In this document: positions 35,997 to 48,700 of the stretch, piece by piece
Layout: every line of letters begins with the position of its first letter
Numbering within the stretch: position 1 is the stretch's first letter
Assembly: GCA_001179505.1 (NCBI GenBank)
Contig: CDMY01000718.1
Location: 62,001 to 126,000, forward strand
Direction: 5' to 3'
Length of the DNA stretch: 64,000 nt
Origin: Vitrella brassicaformis CCMP3155
Lineage: Eukaryota > Protista > Chromerida
Made by a program: the position numbers and the translations under genes
Notes under the pieces: model-generated
Told to the model about the DNA's origin: nothing
The model's database searches: none
What the model saw: only the letters and a program-made list of their open reading frames with translations

Positions 35997-36899
35997 GAGA
36001 CGTACGTGGGTTTGGCTTGCGTAGTGTGAGATCAGTCGTAGCCTCGCAGACGGATGACATTTTTACCAGCGAACGGCTGCCTATGCGCCTTCGTGCAGTG
36101 CCTCCGTTTTTTGGCACACGGAGATTTCTGTGTGTTGTGGGACTTGGCGTGCAGTGCGTGTGGTATGGTGTGCGAAGGTCAACACAGACCTTCCATCGAG
36201 CGGCTCACATTTGGCAGCCGACGTGTGTGTTTATGAGTGTTTGCGAGTTTATCCACAGTGCACTGGGGATGCATGAATGTGTTGTCGCGGATGCACTGTG
36301 TCGTGTTGGTCATTAGGGCTGTTGGAAGCTAGGGACGCCGGGTGAGCAGATGGCACACGTGAGCTGATGTGAGGGATGCATTAACGGACGCTGCATGCTT
36401 GTCGGATCGTAGCAAGACGTTTTTCATTGCAATGAAGAGAACGTGACTGGTCTGTGTGTCTGTCTGTCATCTCTGATCGTGGACCAAGGCAGGCCATGTA
36501 CACGAAAGGGGCGGCAGTAAGTGAACTCGTGCCGTCCATCTAATCAATCACATCCATCCAATTTGCTGTGCATGCAATGAGCTGCAACAAGCTGCAAGCT
36601 ATCTCTCTGCTGGCTGGCTGGGCCGCTGCCCGCGGCGGATATATGCCACATATGCACATTGAGCCCACGAGCCGAGTGTATTGGTGTATGGTGTCTTTGG
36701 GGGTGTGGTGTGTTGGAGGGGCCGCATCAGTCGACACATACTGCAACATCCATCCATCCATCCATCTCGTTGCCTCGACAGACAGCCTGACCCGGCCAAC
36801 GGCCACACACAGCCTGACCCAACGGCCACACACAGACACCAACACACACCATGAGGCCGGACGGTGGATGCATTGCTCTGCCTTTTCCCGCCTCACACT

Positions 36900-39431
36900 C
36901 TAGGAACGACGCGTTGCAGTTACTTCAACTGAACCCCATTGACTGCGTGTGCCGATGGTGAAGTTGTCACTGACCTCTGTCCGAACGGCCTCACGAACGG
37001 CGTCACGAACGGCCTCGCTGCCATGCACGGTCAGCGTCAAACTCCGCAGGCTCCGCACGCCGCCGACGATGGACGAGATGCCGCCGCGGATGAGCTCGGC
37101 AGCAGCAGAGGCCCCCAAGCCGTCGGGCACTGAGGAATAAGACAGACACGGGAGCAATGCACGCACACAAGATGATCCGCCAGAATCGTCTGTTCCGGTG
37201 CGGTGCATACCTGACAAATGCATGCCTATGCGGCCAATCGACGGGAAGCCGTCCGACCTCCAGCCGTCCAATGCACCCCCAGTGAGACTGACCTCATCAA
37301 CATTGACACTGCCCACCTCCGTCCCCGCCCCGAGGCCCTCCAACACGCCTATCATGCCCCCTGAACTCACACCTCGGCCAATCCACACCCACTCGACCAT
37401 CCTGGGCATCTTCTCTGCCAGCAGCCGACCTGAAGAATCGCCAAGAGCACTGCAGATGTACAGCTCAGTGCCCGTTAGGAACTGCTGCAGGTGGTTGATG
37501 ATGGTGGGCTGCGGTGAAGGGGCGCCGGGAGGGGGGTCGAAACCATGGGCGTTGCGGACAATCACGCGCTCGGCCTTGTCGAATGTGAGTGTCTTGGCGA
37601 TGTCGATGGCCGCCTGGCTGGGGCTGTCGACGGGGTGGGTGAGGTCATGCTGGCTGATGACGTAGTTGATCTGTGTGGCCTCCCTTGCGGCCGCCTGGAT
37701 GGCCATCATGAAGAAGGGGGAGGGGTGGGAGGGGATCGCGTCGCTGTAGAAGAGGGACAGGTCGAAGCGGTGCAGCCTCGAAATCACGGGGTGCGGTGTC
37801 GACGTCACAGTGATGCGCGCGTCGGGCGTGCAGCATTCCTTGACGAGGCTGTCGACTGCGACCAGGGAGTCGATGGCCGTGTGGCCGTAGAGCGGTGGGA
37901 TCTGCACGTGCAGCTCTTTCAGCGACTTGCGGCAGCCGCGAGATGTGAGCACATCCTACAAGACAAACAACACAAGACATGAAATGCGTACCCACAGGCA
38001 CGTGTGCGGCCTCTCTTGTGTGTGATGGCTGCCTACCTTTAGCCGCTCAACTCCCGCCTGGTACCGCTGGTGTGTCTGTCCATCCCGATGCTCAATCATT
38101 CCGATGCTCTGCAGCTGCCGGAGCGGCCCCGGCTGCCCAGCCGCTGCCTTGGGGATGTGCTCGAGCACCGCCGCCCACTGCTTACCCCACAGCTGGCCGC
38201 CCACGCGCTGCAGACACCGTGACGAGCTAATGAAGCTGCCCAGCTCATCCGGCCCCCACCCTGTCTGCTCCACTGTTTCGAGTGACGGCATCCGCCACCC
38301 TCTGTTGGCCAGGTCAGAGTGATGGCGGACGGCTCCTGTGACGGCCTTGAGTGAGGGGAGGGTGGGGGGCTCGGTGAGTAGAGGAGGGGTAGGGGGACGC
38401 TGTCGCTTCTCTGCCCTGCGGCTGATGCTGGTGTTGCCGGTGCTGCCGGTGCTGAAGGTGATGGTCTCGAGCGAACCCTCCGACTTGTGTTGTCGCCCAG
38501 CCGCATGACCCTCCACAACGGCCATCATGTTGTCCAGGCACGACACATCACCCTTGAGTGTGATCAGATTGACGAGCCGTCTGCCTAACTTCAATGCCGC
38601 CTCGCTTGCCGTCTGGCTCCAAAATCGACGGTCTGCATCGGTGGCGGCGTCTATGGTGGCGTGTGTGTGCTGGTGGACGGCTCCGTTGCGGATGGGGGAG
38701 CGGTGCGGGAAGATGGCCGACAGCTCGCGGGGGGTCATGAAGCCAAAGAGTGACACCTGGTGGTCATCGGCAAAACCATCAGGGGCCTGAAAGAGGGAGA
38801 GGGGGGCATAAAAGTGGGCGGGCTGGGCTGCGTGTAGTGCTCACCTTGTGTGTCTTTGGTTTCTTGTTTGGAGGCGTCGTGGTGTCACGTGAGGGGGGCA
38901 GACCGGTGAGGAAGTCGGGGAACCAGCCCCAGGAGTCGGGTCGGTTGTCGAGGGTGTCGTCGGGCCGGACGATCAGGCCAAGTGTCCATCCCGAGCTGTG
39001 CCGCTCCTGGATGCGGACCCTCGTTCCCTCGGCCAGCGAGAGCTGCTGCCCACCACCGCCCTCGGCGGTCCACTCCTCGGCTATCGTCACCTCCACTGCC
39101 GGCACCAGCACCTCAAACCTCTCACGGCAACCGGCAACCTCCGTCATGTGCACCTTGGTCCCTCTACTGGTCTCCTCCGGTCTGCGATCGACGACAGCCG
39201 TCACCCACTTGTGCTTGCCCTCCCTCTTGGTCTTCGACACCATCAGCACACGAGTGCCCTCTCGGTAGCGAGTGAAGGGTGGCATCAGCTGGTGGGTGAG
39301 ACGATCAAGCAAACGAGTCGTCACGTACCCACAACACACCGTGATGATGCATGTGCACTCGTGCCTTATTGGCTCACCGGCAGATGCGGCAGATTGAAGT
39401 GGCAGGCAGATGCTGACGAGACCGCCGCCAT
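36900..39431 (-). CDS. Lineage-expanded family protein (copy 2): beta-rich module, SH3 domain, F-box-like segment, divergent repeat region
   Basis: Paralog of 22340-25323. The exon at about 38850-39290 encodes EEWTAEGGGGQQLSLAEGTRVRIQERHSSGWTLG...WGWFPDF, an SH3 pattern (LSL..G..V.I.E..SGW..G...GWFP). ATG at 39431 in gccATGg context. Confidence 0.75.
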
Positions 39432-39749
39432 GGCGCCAGGTCAGTCGAACAGACAAATGCTGACAAGAGGGACACAGAATGGAATGAAGAGAGGGAGATT
39501 TCCATCAGATGAATGCATCGTCATCCACCGTGCTCGGCTTACCGGCTGAGGCTGAGGCTTCTTATCAAAACGCGCTAACCACAGCACTCACGGTGCTCTT
39601 CTATCTTCACCGTAGGTCAAGGGTTTATGGGGTGCAGGGTTTCCTTAGGACATGACATGAAATCCCTCGTCCTTGAGAGATCTCGAGGCGGATCCATCAT
39701 CACTCCGCTCCCCCTGCCACGCACAAGCGGCTGTGGTAAGCACTGGTTG

Positions 39750-40503
39750 AACCCCACAGAAAGGGATGGAATGCGCTTGACATTAAGGCAACGGTGGGTG
39801 CTCTCCTGTTCATTGATGCACAGATCCGACACAGATCCGTGTGTGGGTCGTCGCCGTCGTTCGATTGGAGCCCAGCGAGGTGACAACACAGATGCACACA
39901 GACCTCACACGATCATGAGTGAGTGCACAATGTTGGTTTTCCCTCATTCGTGTGTGACATCAGACCGAGTGACTGTTCGGAGAGGCGTTGCTTGAGAGAT
40001 CTACTTGCGAGACGAACCACCGAGAAAGAGGTGAGTCGTTGGGGATGGATACAGTGAGGAGAAAAAGGAGACATCTGTGTGCATCTCGTGCTCCTTTGTG
40101 CCTTGTCTGTCTGTGCAGACAGGCACCAACAGCAATGGGAGGCGGAGGCAGTGCCGCACGTGACCCGTGTGCGTTCAACGGCAACACCGGCGTGTCCAGC
40201 CCCCCGCCGTACTCTGCCCGCATGTCGCAGTTCGGATCCTCAGGCGGGGGCAGAGGCATGGGAGGCCGCGGTGCCAGCAATGGGTCACTGCGCGGTGGTC
40301 CGCGGTCGTCGGCGCCTTGCATGCGGCCTCTCGCCATCGTGAATGCCGATTCGGGTGTGGTGCCGGCCACCCGACGGCTCAGCGAGGCCCCGACACACAT
40401 CGCCACGGAGCCACGGGTGCCGCTCAAGACGCGCTGGCCGGTGAATGTGCCCGTCATCGGCAAGGCAGCCACCAACACAGACACCACACTGCTTCGCGAG
40501 TAG
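39750..40503 (+). CDS. Possible small Gly/Ser/Pro-rich hypothetical protein; start uncertain
   Basis: ORF 39988-40503 has an acceptor-like site near 40120, followed by low-complexity coding-like sequence. No domain recognised. Confidence 0.3.
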
Positions 40504-41574
40504 ACAGGAAGGCGGTAGGATCGTAGGCGCGCTCCCACGCTCTCAGTCGCGCACTGCGTACGTACGTGTGCTGTTTGCGTGCGGACTATCTTTTTTCTCA
40601 CTGCCCTGTGTGTACATTACATGTGTAAGTACACGTGCGTGTGTGTATACATGCACGCGCACTGTTCGTGCGCGACATGAAGAGTTTTCCCTTATTTGCA
40701 TGTCAGCTTTTTTGCGGCATTTTTCCGCTGCCAGCGGCTTGGTCTCATTCCTCTTCGCGTCGGTTGGGATGCCGACAGACAGCGCCGCCTCACAGACAGA
40801 CAGACAGACGGATGTGAGGGCGTGCGCGCATGTAGTTCATGCATGATGCATACTGACTGACTGACTGACTGACTGACAATTTTTTCTGACCAATATATTG
40901 CTTTGAGGGGTCCTCTTTCTTTCCTTTCGTCTGATGGACGGACAGACGGCAACGTGCGAGTTGGCGGCTCAGCGAGGCAGTGGGGAGGAGCTGTGCCAGC
41001 TGTATTACAGACATTCTTGTGTTGGGCAGGAAGTCACCCGTCTGCTGCTTGGGGCGGTCGGGTGGGCGCGACGTGGAGAACGGCGCGGGTCGGGGGGCTG
41101 CTCCCTCCTGGCTCACTGCGTACTCGCTTGCCCGACCCATTCGTCCGTCCTAGAGCCCACATGCAGTGTGCAGATGAAGCAACAGGGCAGGGGAGAGAGT
41201 GGTTGAAATGGGGTGTGTTGGCTATCAACCTTTCTTCATTTCGTTTTTGCAGCGAAGACACTCACGATGTGTTTTCTTTTGAATCGAATGGGCACTACGG
41301 GAGAAAACGCACCGCACGAAACAATCACACGCACATGGGAAGAGCTCGCGTTATTCCTGCAACAGGATAAGGAATTTCGCCCGTTGTCCTACGAACGATT
41401 CACCTCTCCGTCGTTCCCGCCTCGATACTGCTGCTTCCCGGTGTCCACATCAGCTGGGGTCACCCTCGCCAACCGAGCAGCATCCGTGAGAGAGAGAGAT
41501 GGAGCACCCACACGCAGACACCAGACAAGTATGCAGGCATTCTCTGTGCATGCTGATCAGACTGGAGGCAAGAC

Positions 41575-41898
41575 ATGGGCACTCTGTATCATCAGACCGA
41601 CAGCAATGCAGCGGCGTCCATCCAGCAGTCTGGCCAGATGCTGCCAGGCGGGAGCGGCGTGGTCGGACCGGCCATCTACTTCGCCACCTCCATAGGAGCG
41701 ACTGACGGCCTTGCCCGCCGTCGTGGCTATGTGGTGACGGCGAATGTCTCCCTGGGGCGGCACATGGTGATCTCTTCCGGCCAAGCGCCGAGAGACGTGC
41801 GGGGGCAGGGGTATGACTCGGTATACGTGGCAGACAGGCAGATATACGCAGTGTACAATACGCGACATGTGCAGGTGCTTCATGTTGCCCCACGATAG
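41575..41898 (+). CDS. Small ADP-ribosyltransferase-fold (PARP-like, Gig2-like) protein with an H-Y-I triad
   Basis: TLYHQT...AASIQQSG...PG..G.VGPAIYFA...VVTANVSLGR...QGYDSVY...IYAVYNTRHV matches the minimal ARTD pattern YHGT / G.GIYFA / V.LGR / GYDSV / xYVVY. Upstream exons are possible. Confidence 0.7.
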   Translation: MGTLYHQTDSNAAASIQQSGQMLPGGSGVVGPAIYFATSIGATDGLARRRGYVVTANVSLGRHMVISSGQAPRDVRGQGYDSVYVADRQIYAVYNTRHVQVLHVAPR

Positions 41899-42733
41899 GG
41901 CGCTGTGGCCTCTTTTGCACGCAGGGGGATGGGAAGATGTCGATGTGTATGTTTGCTATCTGTGTGTTCCTCGCTGACGCGTGGCCGACGGGTGAGACAA
42001 TGGCTGGTGGGTGCGCCGTTTTGTTTTGCTGCATGATGAACATCCGTTGTCTGTGTGAACGAAAAATGCACTCTTCCAATAAATATCCATCCATTCATCT
42101 CTCTGTGCTCTTCGTCGCTTTCACGTGGGGCCCTTCAAGTTGCGATCTCAGCGGGGGCAAATTTGAAGCAGGGCAACGGCAGCCCCTCTCGTTTGACGTG
42201 TCTTCTCGAGAAAGAACAGCAACTGCGGGCCGTCGATGAATCGCAGCGCATGAGAGGGGTTAAGAATCCTGGACCACCTGGACCAGGCATATGTACCTTC
42301 CCCTGCTTCGTAGCATAGGAGTCAAGATTGTGATGCATGAATGGAATGGATTACCGAGGAGGGCGGCCACATGCAGATGCGCACATTCACACCTCTGTTT
42401 GCACATCTGCAATGCTGTTTCTTTTCTGCATGTGACTCTTTGTGTATTCTTCAGGCTTCCGTGTCGTCCCCCCTGCGGGACTCGTTCGGTCCTCGCCGGC
42501 GCCTCGATGGAGGCAATGGATGCTGGGCGATTTTCATCGTTGGGCTCTCCTCTGTGCAAGTGCCTCGGGGGGACAGAGAGCACGTCGGTTGCACCCAGCC
42601 ACGTATCTCTGGGGACGCTCCTACGCTCCCGCCCGCTCATTTCGTTTCCTGCTCGGGCTGCGTCAGTCCAGTCGCACCGAGACAGACATTCATCCTCGTT
42701 TTTCGTCTCTTCCCTGCCTCTCCGTCAGGCAGT

Positions 42734-42785
42734 TTCCTCTCTTCGTTCCTCTCATCGTTCCTCTCGTCGTTTCTCTCATCGTTCT
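42734..42785. repeat. Imperfect 12-nt tandem repeat (ttcctctc[a/t/g]tcg) x4
   Basis: Read directly from the sequence; no unique spacers. Confidence 0.85.
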
Positions 42786-43235
42786 TGTGAACGAGCGATG
42801 TACGTAGCGTCCCGTCCGTCCATCTGAGCACAGGTGAGAAGAAGAAGACAAGCATCACATTAATTTATTTGATCGGCTGTCCTTTGCAAATAGGGCCTCG
42901 TTGGAGGTGCTGCTCGGTCGGGCCTATCTCGCGAGAAGAGGCGGGCCTCTTATCGTCTCAATCGATTCCTTCCACCACGTGACTTTCCTCCGCCGTTCTC
43001 GATGGAGAACTGGAGGAGAGGGGCGCTGGTCGGAATACGTGCCTTCCCAGCAAGGTGAGTTACATGGACTTGTTTCGTGCTCTTGCGTGTGGGCCGCCCT
43101 CCTCATTCATGTGTAAGTGTCGTGCGAGTGGTGAAATGAGCTTTCTTTTGATTTTGACCTGACGCACGAGTGAAACATCCATCCATGGAGTCAACTTGCG
43201 CTGCCGACCCAAACATCCACGCAGAAGCACACCCT

Positions 43236-45700
43236 TCACGCTTCTTCACTGGTCACGCTTTTCCTTCTCATGAAAGCTCTGGCAGGCAGCAGTCGTTTCA
43301 CTCTCTTCCAGAAAACCCCCCATCGCGACACACTCTCTCCTTCACGAGACGCATCACTCCCATGTCGTTTCTTTCTTTCCCCGTCCCGCCCCATACAGGA
43401 CTCGATTACATCTGCCTTGACACCATCAGCAGAGCGTGGATCGCCCGCCGCCTCACTTCTAGCGCTCGTCACTGCAGGCTGACACGCAGAATGCTGACCG
43501 TGCACGAATGGCGGTCTCGGGGCGAGGGAGATTGAGAAAGGCACACGGTTTGAGTGGCGGTATGGGGGGAAAGAGGAAGGACCCGCAGATGGAGCATGGA
43601 ATGGACAGACAGATGGTGGACAATTCGCGAACGTGTCCTCATCGGGGATGCTGCTGTCCGATCTCCGTGACGGAAGGGAAGCCACAGCCGCAGACTCGGC
43701 GTCTCTCCCGCTGCTGCGGTTTTTTCCTCTCTCCACCACTCTCTCCGGAGCGCGCCGTGCTGGGAGAAAAGTGCTGTCCAGACCTCCAGCCTTCATATAC
43801 TCTTCGATCGCCCCGTCGACACACGATCTGTTGCCTTCGCTGGATGTAGGCATTGGCGACAGCAGGAGGGCAGGTTGTCGCATCAGAGTGCGCAGGCGGG
43901 ATGGTGAGTGGTCGATAACTGGGTGGTCTGGTGGGAGTGGGTGCGGCAAGTGGTCGGTATGTCCGAGGAATCCCAAGACTTCGATCATGACCCGCCCCGC
44001 CTGCTCGAGAGCCATACAGTGGCCACCATTTGGGATAACGCGAAGGCTGGAGCACAGAGACAGACAGACAGACGGACAGACAGGCATTTGTATCGTAGAT
44101 GCCTATTTGCGTGGATGAGCACTCACGTGGCATTGGGCAGGCACTCGCTAGCAATGAAGCAGCAGGGGTCAAATGGGCACGTCTGATCTTCTTCACCTGC
44201 ACACAGAGGGGGCAGGTATGCACGTCTGTCTGGACGACGAGAGACATGCCTTCCTCCGCTTACCCCAGAGCAGCAGCACCGGTCTGGGATACTGCCCCAC
44301 CTCCCTGAAGACTTCCTCCATCGACGCCAGAGGAAAGTGACGCAACGTGGACAGCAAGCCCTGTGAGCAAACATGTAAAAACAATCGCGGGTGTGTACGT
44401 CTAGTACGTCCCCCGTCTCTTCCTACATTGATGTATCCCGGCGTGTTGTCGGCCTGCCATGCCGTGACACTCCTCATCAGCAGGCACCCCGGATGCTCAG
44501 TGTCATCAAAGTCTCCGACCACAGCACTTAGCAAAAGACGACCCTACAAGGGCAAGACAGCCGCACGTATTGTCGATTCAGAACACGTATCTGAACCTGG
44601 AATGCTTACCAGTGTGTTGATGATCGCCTCGCCCAGCCATGGCACTTTCAGCACACTCAGAAGGGGTGAGGTGACCCCCGGCAGCCCTGCCGGCGCCACT
44701 AGCAGCAATCGCCGGACAAGCTTCGGATACCTGCCATGATCACACCAAAATGAAGGTAAGCCTGAGACAAAAACCATGTGAGAGTTGCCCGCTCATACCT
44801 TTGAGCAAGCGTCAATGCAATGGCGCCCCCAAGCGACAAGCCCAGCAGAGTAATCCCCCCACTGACGTCAGCAAGACCCAGCTTGTCCAGCAAATGGTAC
44901 AGCTGATCAGCAAACAACACCTGAGACAGACACACGCGGGCAACAAATTTCTCTTGTGTGTCTGCTGCACAAGTGAAGTTTATCTCTTGTGTGGGGTCAC
45001 GTGTGAGCAAGGGGGCTGCGACGGCGGATATGGGCTGCGCCCGCGGCCGAAAAGGTCGAAAAGCAGCACTCTGAAGGGATACCAAATTGAATGATCACCG
45101 TCTCAATGTGATATGTGTTCTGCTGCACGGATGTTTTCGCACCTGTGGTTGCGTTGTATGAGACACTCGGCGAGTGGAGCCACTGATGCGGCGAAAGAAG
45201 TGATACCAGGCATAATCACAACCAACTTGCCGGTGGCCGGGCCCTGCCGGAAACAGACGACCACACAACACATAGCGCACTTGTGTCACAGTCCATCCGT
45301 CTGAGCAGACCTTGAGATGGTAATACGTTGCTCCCTCCACCGCCCATGTCTTGCCCCCGTGATCAACACCGTATTTCATCCGCACGTAGCCCTCTGAGTC
45401 GTCGCCATCTCCTCCTCTGGGCCATGGTATGCCATCGACGAGGCCCCACGGCCCTGGGCCATAGAAATCCACCACCCCGGGTGGCGGCACGAACGGCACA
45501 ACAGATAGATGCTCGTCGTCATGCCCATCATTGCTGCCGGATGCTCCTCCACCGTCCTCATGCAGAGCAGCATCGTTGCTATTTGTTCTTCCGCGTTCGG
45601 TCCCGACGCGTCTGCATGCTGGGGGAAGTGACGGTCCTGGCGTGGCATGCTCCTCCTCTTCGATGGATGGCTCTCGACGCGTGATGACCAGCGGACTCAT
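43236..45700 (-). CDS. Alpha/beta-fold serine hydrolase with a long disordered C-terminus
   Basis: Exons encode GKLVVIMPGI, VLLFDLFGRGRS, nucleophile elbow LGLSLGG, VRRLLLVAPAG, VLLLWG|EEDQTCP (catalytic Asp) and VIPNGGHCMALE (catalytic His). 5' and 3' ends are approximate. Confidence 0.85.
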
Positions 45701-45735
45701 TCGGGAGGAAGCTCGAAGGCGGCAGCAGCGGTTTC

Positions 45736-48700
45736 ATGGACCCCCCAAACCTGCGAGCTAGCCACGAGATTCTCCAAATGGAGGCCGCAGACATGGAGGA
45801 TGACGAAGCGCTGAGGCGGGCGCACCCATTGCAATCGCCACAATGTGACACTGCTGAATCAGATCTCTCCAGATCTCGCTCATCTCGGAGGCTGCCGCAT
45901 TTGTCATTGCTAATACTGCCCATCCTGTTTATTCAATGCGCGCACTCGGCCCAGCCCGACAGCGCTCTCTGTTCATCTTTCATTCCGCCTCTCTATCTTT
46001 CGCCCAGCCGGCCCTTTGCTCCCCATCTGCAGAGGAGGCGCGTTGTGCAGTCGACCACCACGCAGACCGACCCTGCTCTCAAGAAAAAGGAGGATATTGC
46101 GGCCGAGGAGAACGCGCCGAAAGCGAGGAAGTTCTTTCTGCCGAGGCCGAGGCGGCCACGGAAGGGCTTCGCTGCGGAGAGTGCGTACTTGTCGACGGCG
46201 ATTCTAACAGGTGAGGAATGCACTTGCGGTTCGTCCATCACAGCAAGATCTGCAGTGCACTGTGTGCGTGGTATGAGTGTATGTCAGGTGTGCTCACCGG
46301 TCTGTCGGTGACTGCATTCAAGCGGTCGATCAATCTGGTGCAGGGCCTGACCTACGGGGATCTCGCCAAGGTCGTCACGCCGTCGCTCGGCATACTGGGA
46401 GGTGGGCAAACTTCAAACACCTCACACAGACAGGTGCGTGAGTGGTCGTGTCTGTGTGGTTCCTCAGCTGCGCTGTTGGTGCCGGCGTTGGGCGGCCTGC
46501 TTGTCGGGATTTTGAGGGAGCTTGTGGGCTTCACCCCAGGTGAGCTGATGCGCGAATGTGAACACCTTCTTGATGCATACTGTCCATCTGTTGTGTCAGG
46601 TCTGAAGGGCAGCTTGAACGAGGTGGACAACCGTAAGAACTGTGCCTTCCAAAAGCAACTCGCCAAATCCGGGGCAGGGTGAGGAGGCACTTCACTGCAT
46701 GTGATCAGCGGATACGTGTCTGTGCACATGCCTTCATGTATGAGTGTGCCATCAGGGTGGCGACTTTGGGCACAGGGTGTTCCCTCGGCCCGGAGGGACC
46801 TGCCGTCGAGCTTGGCGTCTCGTGCTCACGACTTGTGTCGCAGGTATGAGTGAAGGGCATGTCAGTGAACCGTGAGGTTGCCTGAACATGGTGTCGTATT
46901 CGTGTGTGTGTACGACAGTTCTTTTCGATGTCGCTCGACAGACGTCGCCAGCTGCTGAGTGCTGGTGCAGCTGCGGGCGTGGCCGCTGGCTTCAACGCTC
47001 CCGTGGCAGGTACGGCGAATGGGCCAAGGACCTCCCAACATTGCAAATGCTTCGTTGCTTGCTCAGGTGTGTTTTTCGCCCTTGAGATTGTGACGGCGGC
47101 CAAAGACAACGTGGGCGTGCCGCGAACGAGCATTGCAGGCACCGTGTTGTGCGCTGTCGTGTCTGCCCTGACCGCCCGGATCGGGCTGGCCGAGACTCTG
47201 GCTTTCGTGCCTCCCCCCTCCTACTCGCTGCTGAACCCTTTGGTGGAACTCCCGCTCTATGTGGGCCTTGGTGAGAGAGGAACAGACTGACCCGTTGTGC
47301 ATGAAGGAGTGCTCTTCTGTGGGATCATATGTGTCATTGTGTGTGTGTCTACAGGTGCTGTGTCTGGTGCTGTGTCCATTTTATTCAAGAGGGCACTCGA
47401 GAGTGCTGAACTCGCCTTCGAAGGTACGTGGGCGTGGATACACTTTCATGATATATTCATGATCGACAATCGCATTAGTTGGCTGCATCAGGTGCTGTGT
47501 CCCGGTTCAAGTGGATGCAACGTGTCCCTCGCATCCTCAAGCCCGTCATCGGCGGTCTGCTGTGCGGCGTGGTGGGCTTCTGGTTCCCACAGGTGCTCTT
47601 CTCCCAGTACGGCACGCTGGACAAGGTGCTCACGTCAGCGAGCGACCCCGCCAGCTCACTCATCCTGCTGCTCTTCCTGAAAATGGTCATGACCGCCATC
47701 TCTGCCGGCAGGTGGGACCTTCAGCCAGCGAGCCAGATCGATGAGTGCTGTGTGACTGACATTCCCTTGTCTGTGTGTGAGTATTCAGTGGTTTGGTGGG
47801 CGGCACATTTGCCCCATCTCTCTTTCTCGGAGCCGTCGCCGGCGCAGCCTACCAGAAAGTCCTCGCGCCAGCCACAGAACAGTGAGCAACTACTGCACAA
47901 GCCCCGACCCCCTGGCATGATCCAATTCTTTCTCTGTAGAGTTGTCGGTTTGGCAGCTGGTCTGCCCTTGTTCCAGAGTGTGCTTGGCGGTGAGGGCGTG
48001 GCTCCTGCAGGGGCATACGCACTTGTGGGGGCCGCGTCCGTACTCTCTGCTGGTGGGCCGAATGAGACATACTTACGGCCTGCATCCATCCATTCACCAT
48101 TGTGTTTGTGTGTCCAGTGTACCGTGCTCCCCTGACCGGCACGCTTCTCTTGTTCGAGCTGACGCACAACTACGACATTGTGCTGCCGGCTGGTGCGTCG
48201 GCGGGGCTGGGCAGCCTTCTCGCTGAGCTGGCAGACAGACCCAGAAGATACATCGACCAGGTGCACGAGATCCACACACACGTCTCCACCCGTCTCGCAA
48301 TTACTCTGATGTCTTTCTCAGATCCGCACAAAGCCACGGCCGACCCCAATTCCCGTCCCCCCGCCCCCGGCCCCCCAAGTGCCGCTTCCCCCTCTGCCAG
48401 CGGTGCCGCCAACCACACTCACCGCTGGCCATGTCGCGCAGCCACAGGCGCCCGCCAAGACAGTGGAGGCGCCCGAGCCCGCTGCTGTGTCGGCGGTCAA
48501 GGGTGAGAAGGAGCTGCCTGACCGGATTATAGAGGAGCTTGACGAGCTGGTGGATGACACGCTGCCTCTGTCGCTGCCCGCAAACGATATCAGGGGCGTC
48601 CTCGACGACATACCGGTACGAAACCACACATGCAGGGATGTGTGTCTGCGCCACGTGTCTGTATCTGTGTGTGTTGTCAGGTGGAAGCAGGCCTGGTGCC

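Noticed and set aside
22340-39431. Two paralogous genes flanking a block, resembling a composite transposon
   Set aside because: I saw no transposase, integrase or RT motifs, terminal inverted repeats or target-site duplications. The flanking copies are intron-containing genes, better explained by segmental or tandem duplication.
32892-42785. Short direct repeats (21-nt and 12-nt units) as CRISPR-like arrays
   Set aside because: The units are contiguous with no unique spacers, there are no cas genes, and the context is eukaryotic.
42291-43116. Plus-strand splice-like signals and ORFs between the ART and the hydrolase
   Set aside because: No consistent in-phase protein or recognisable domain could be assembled, so it is left uncalled.
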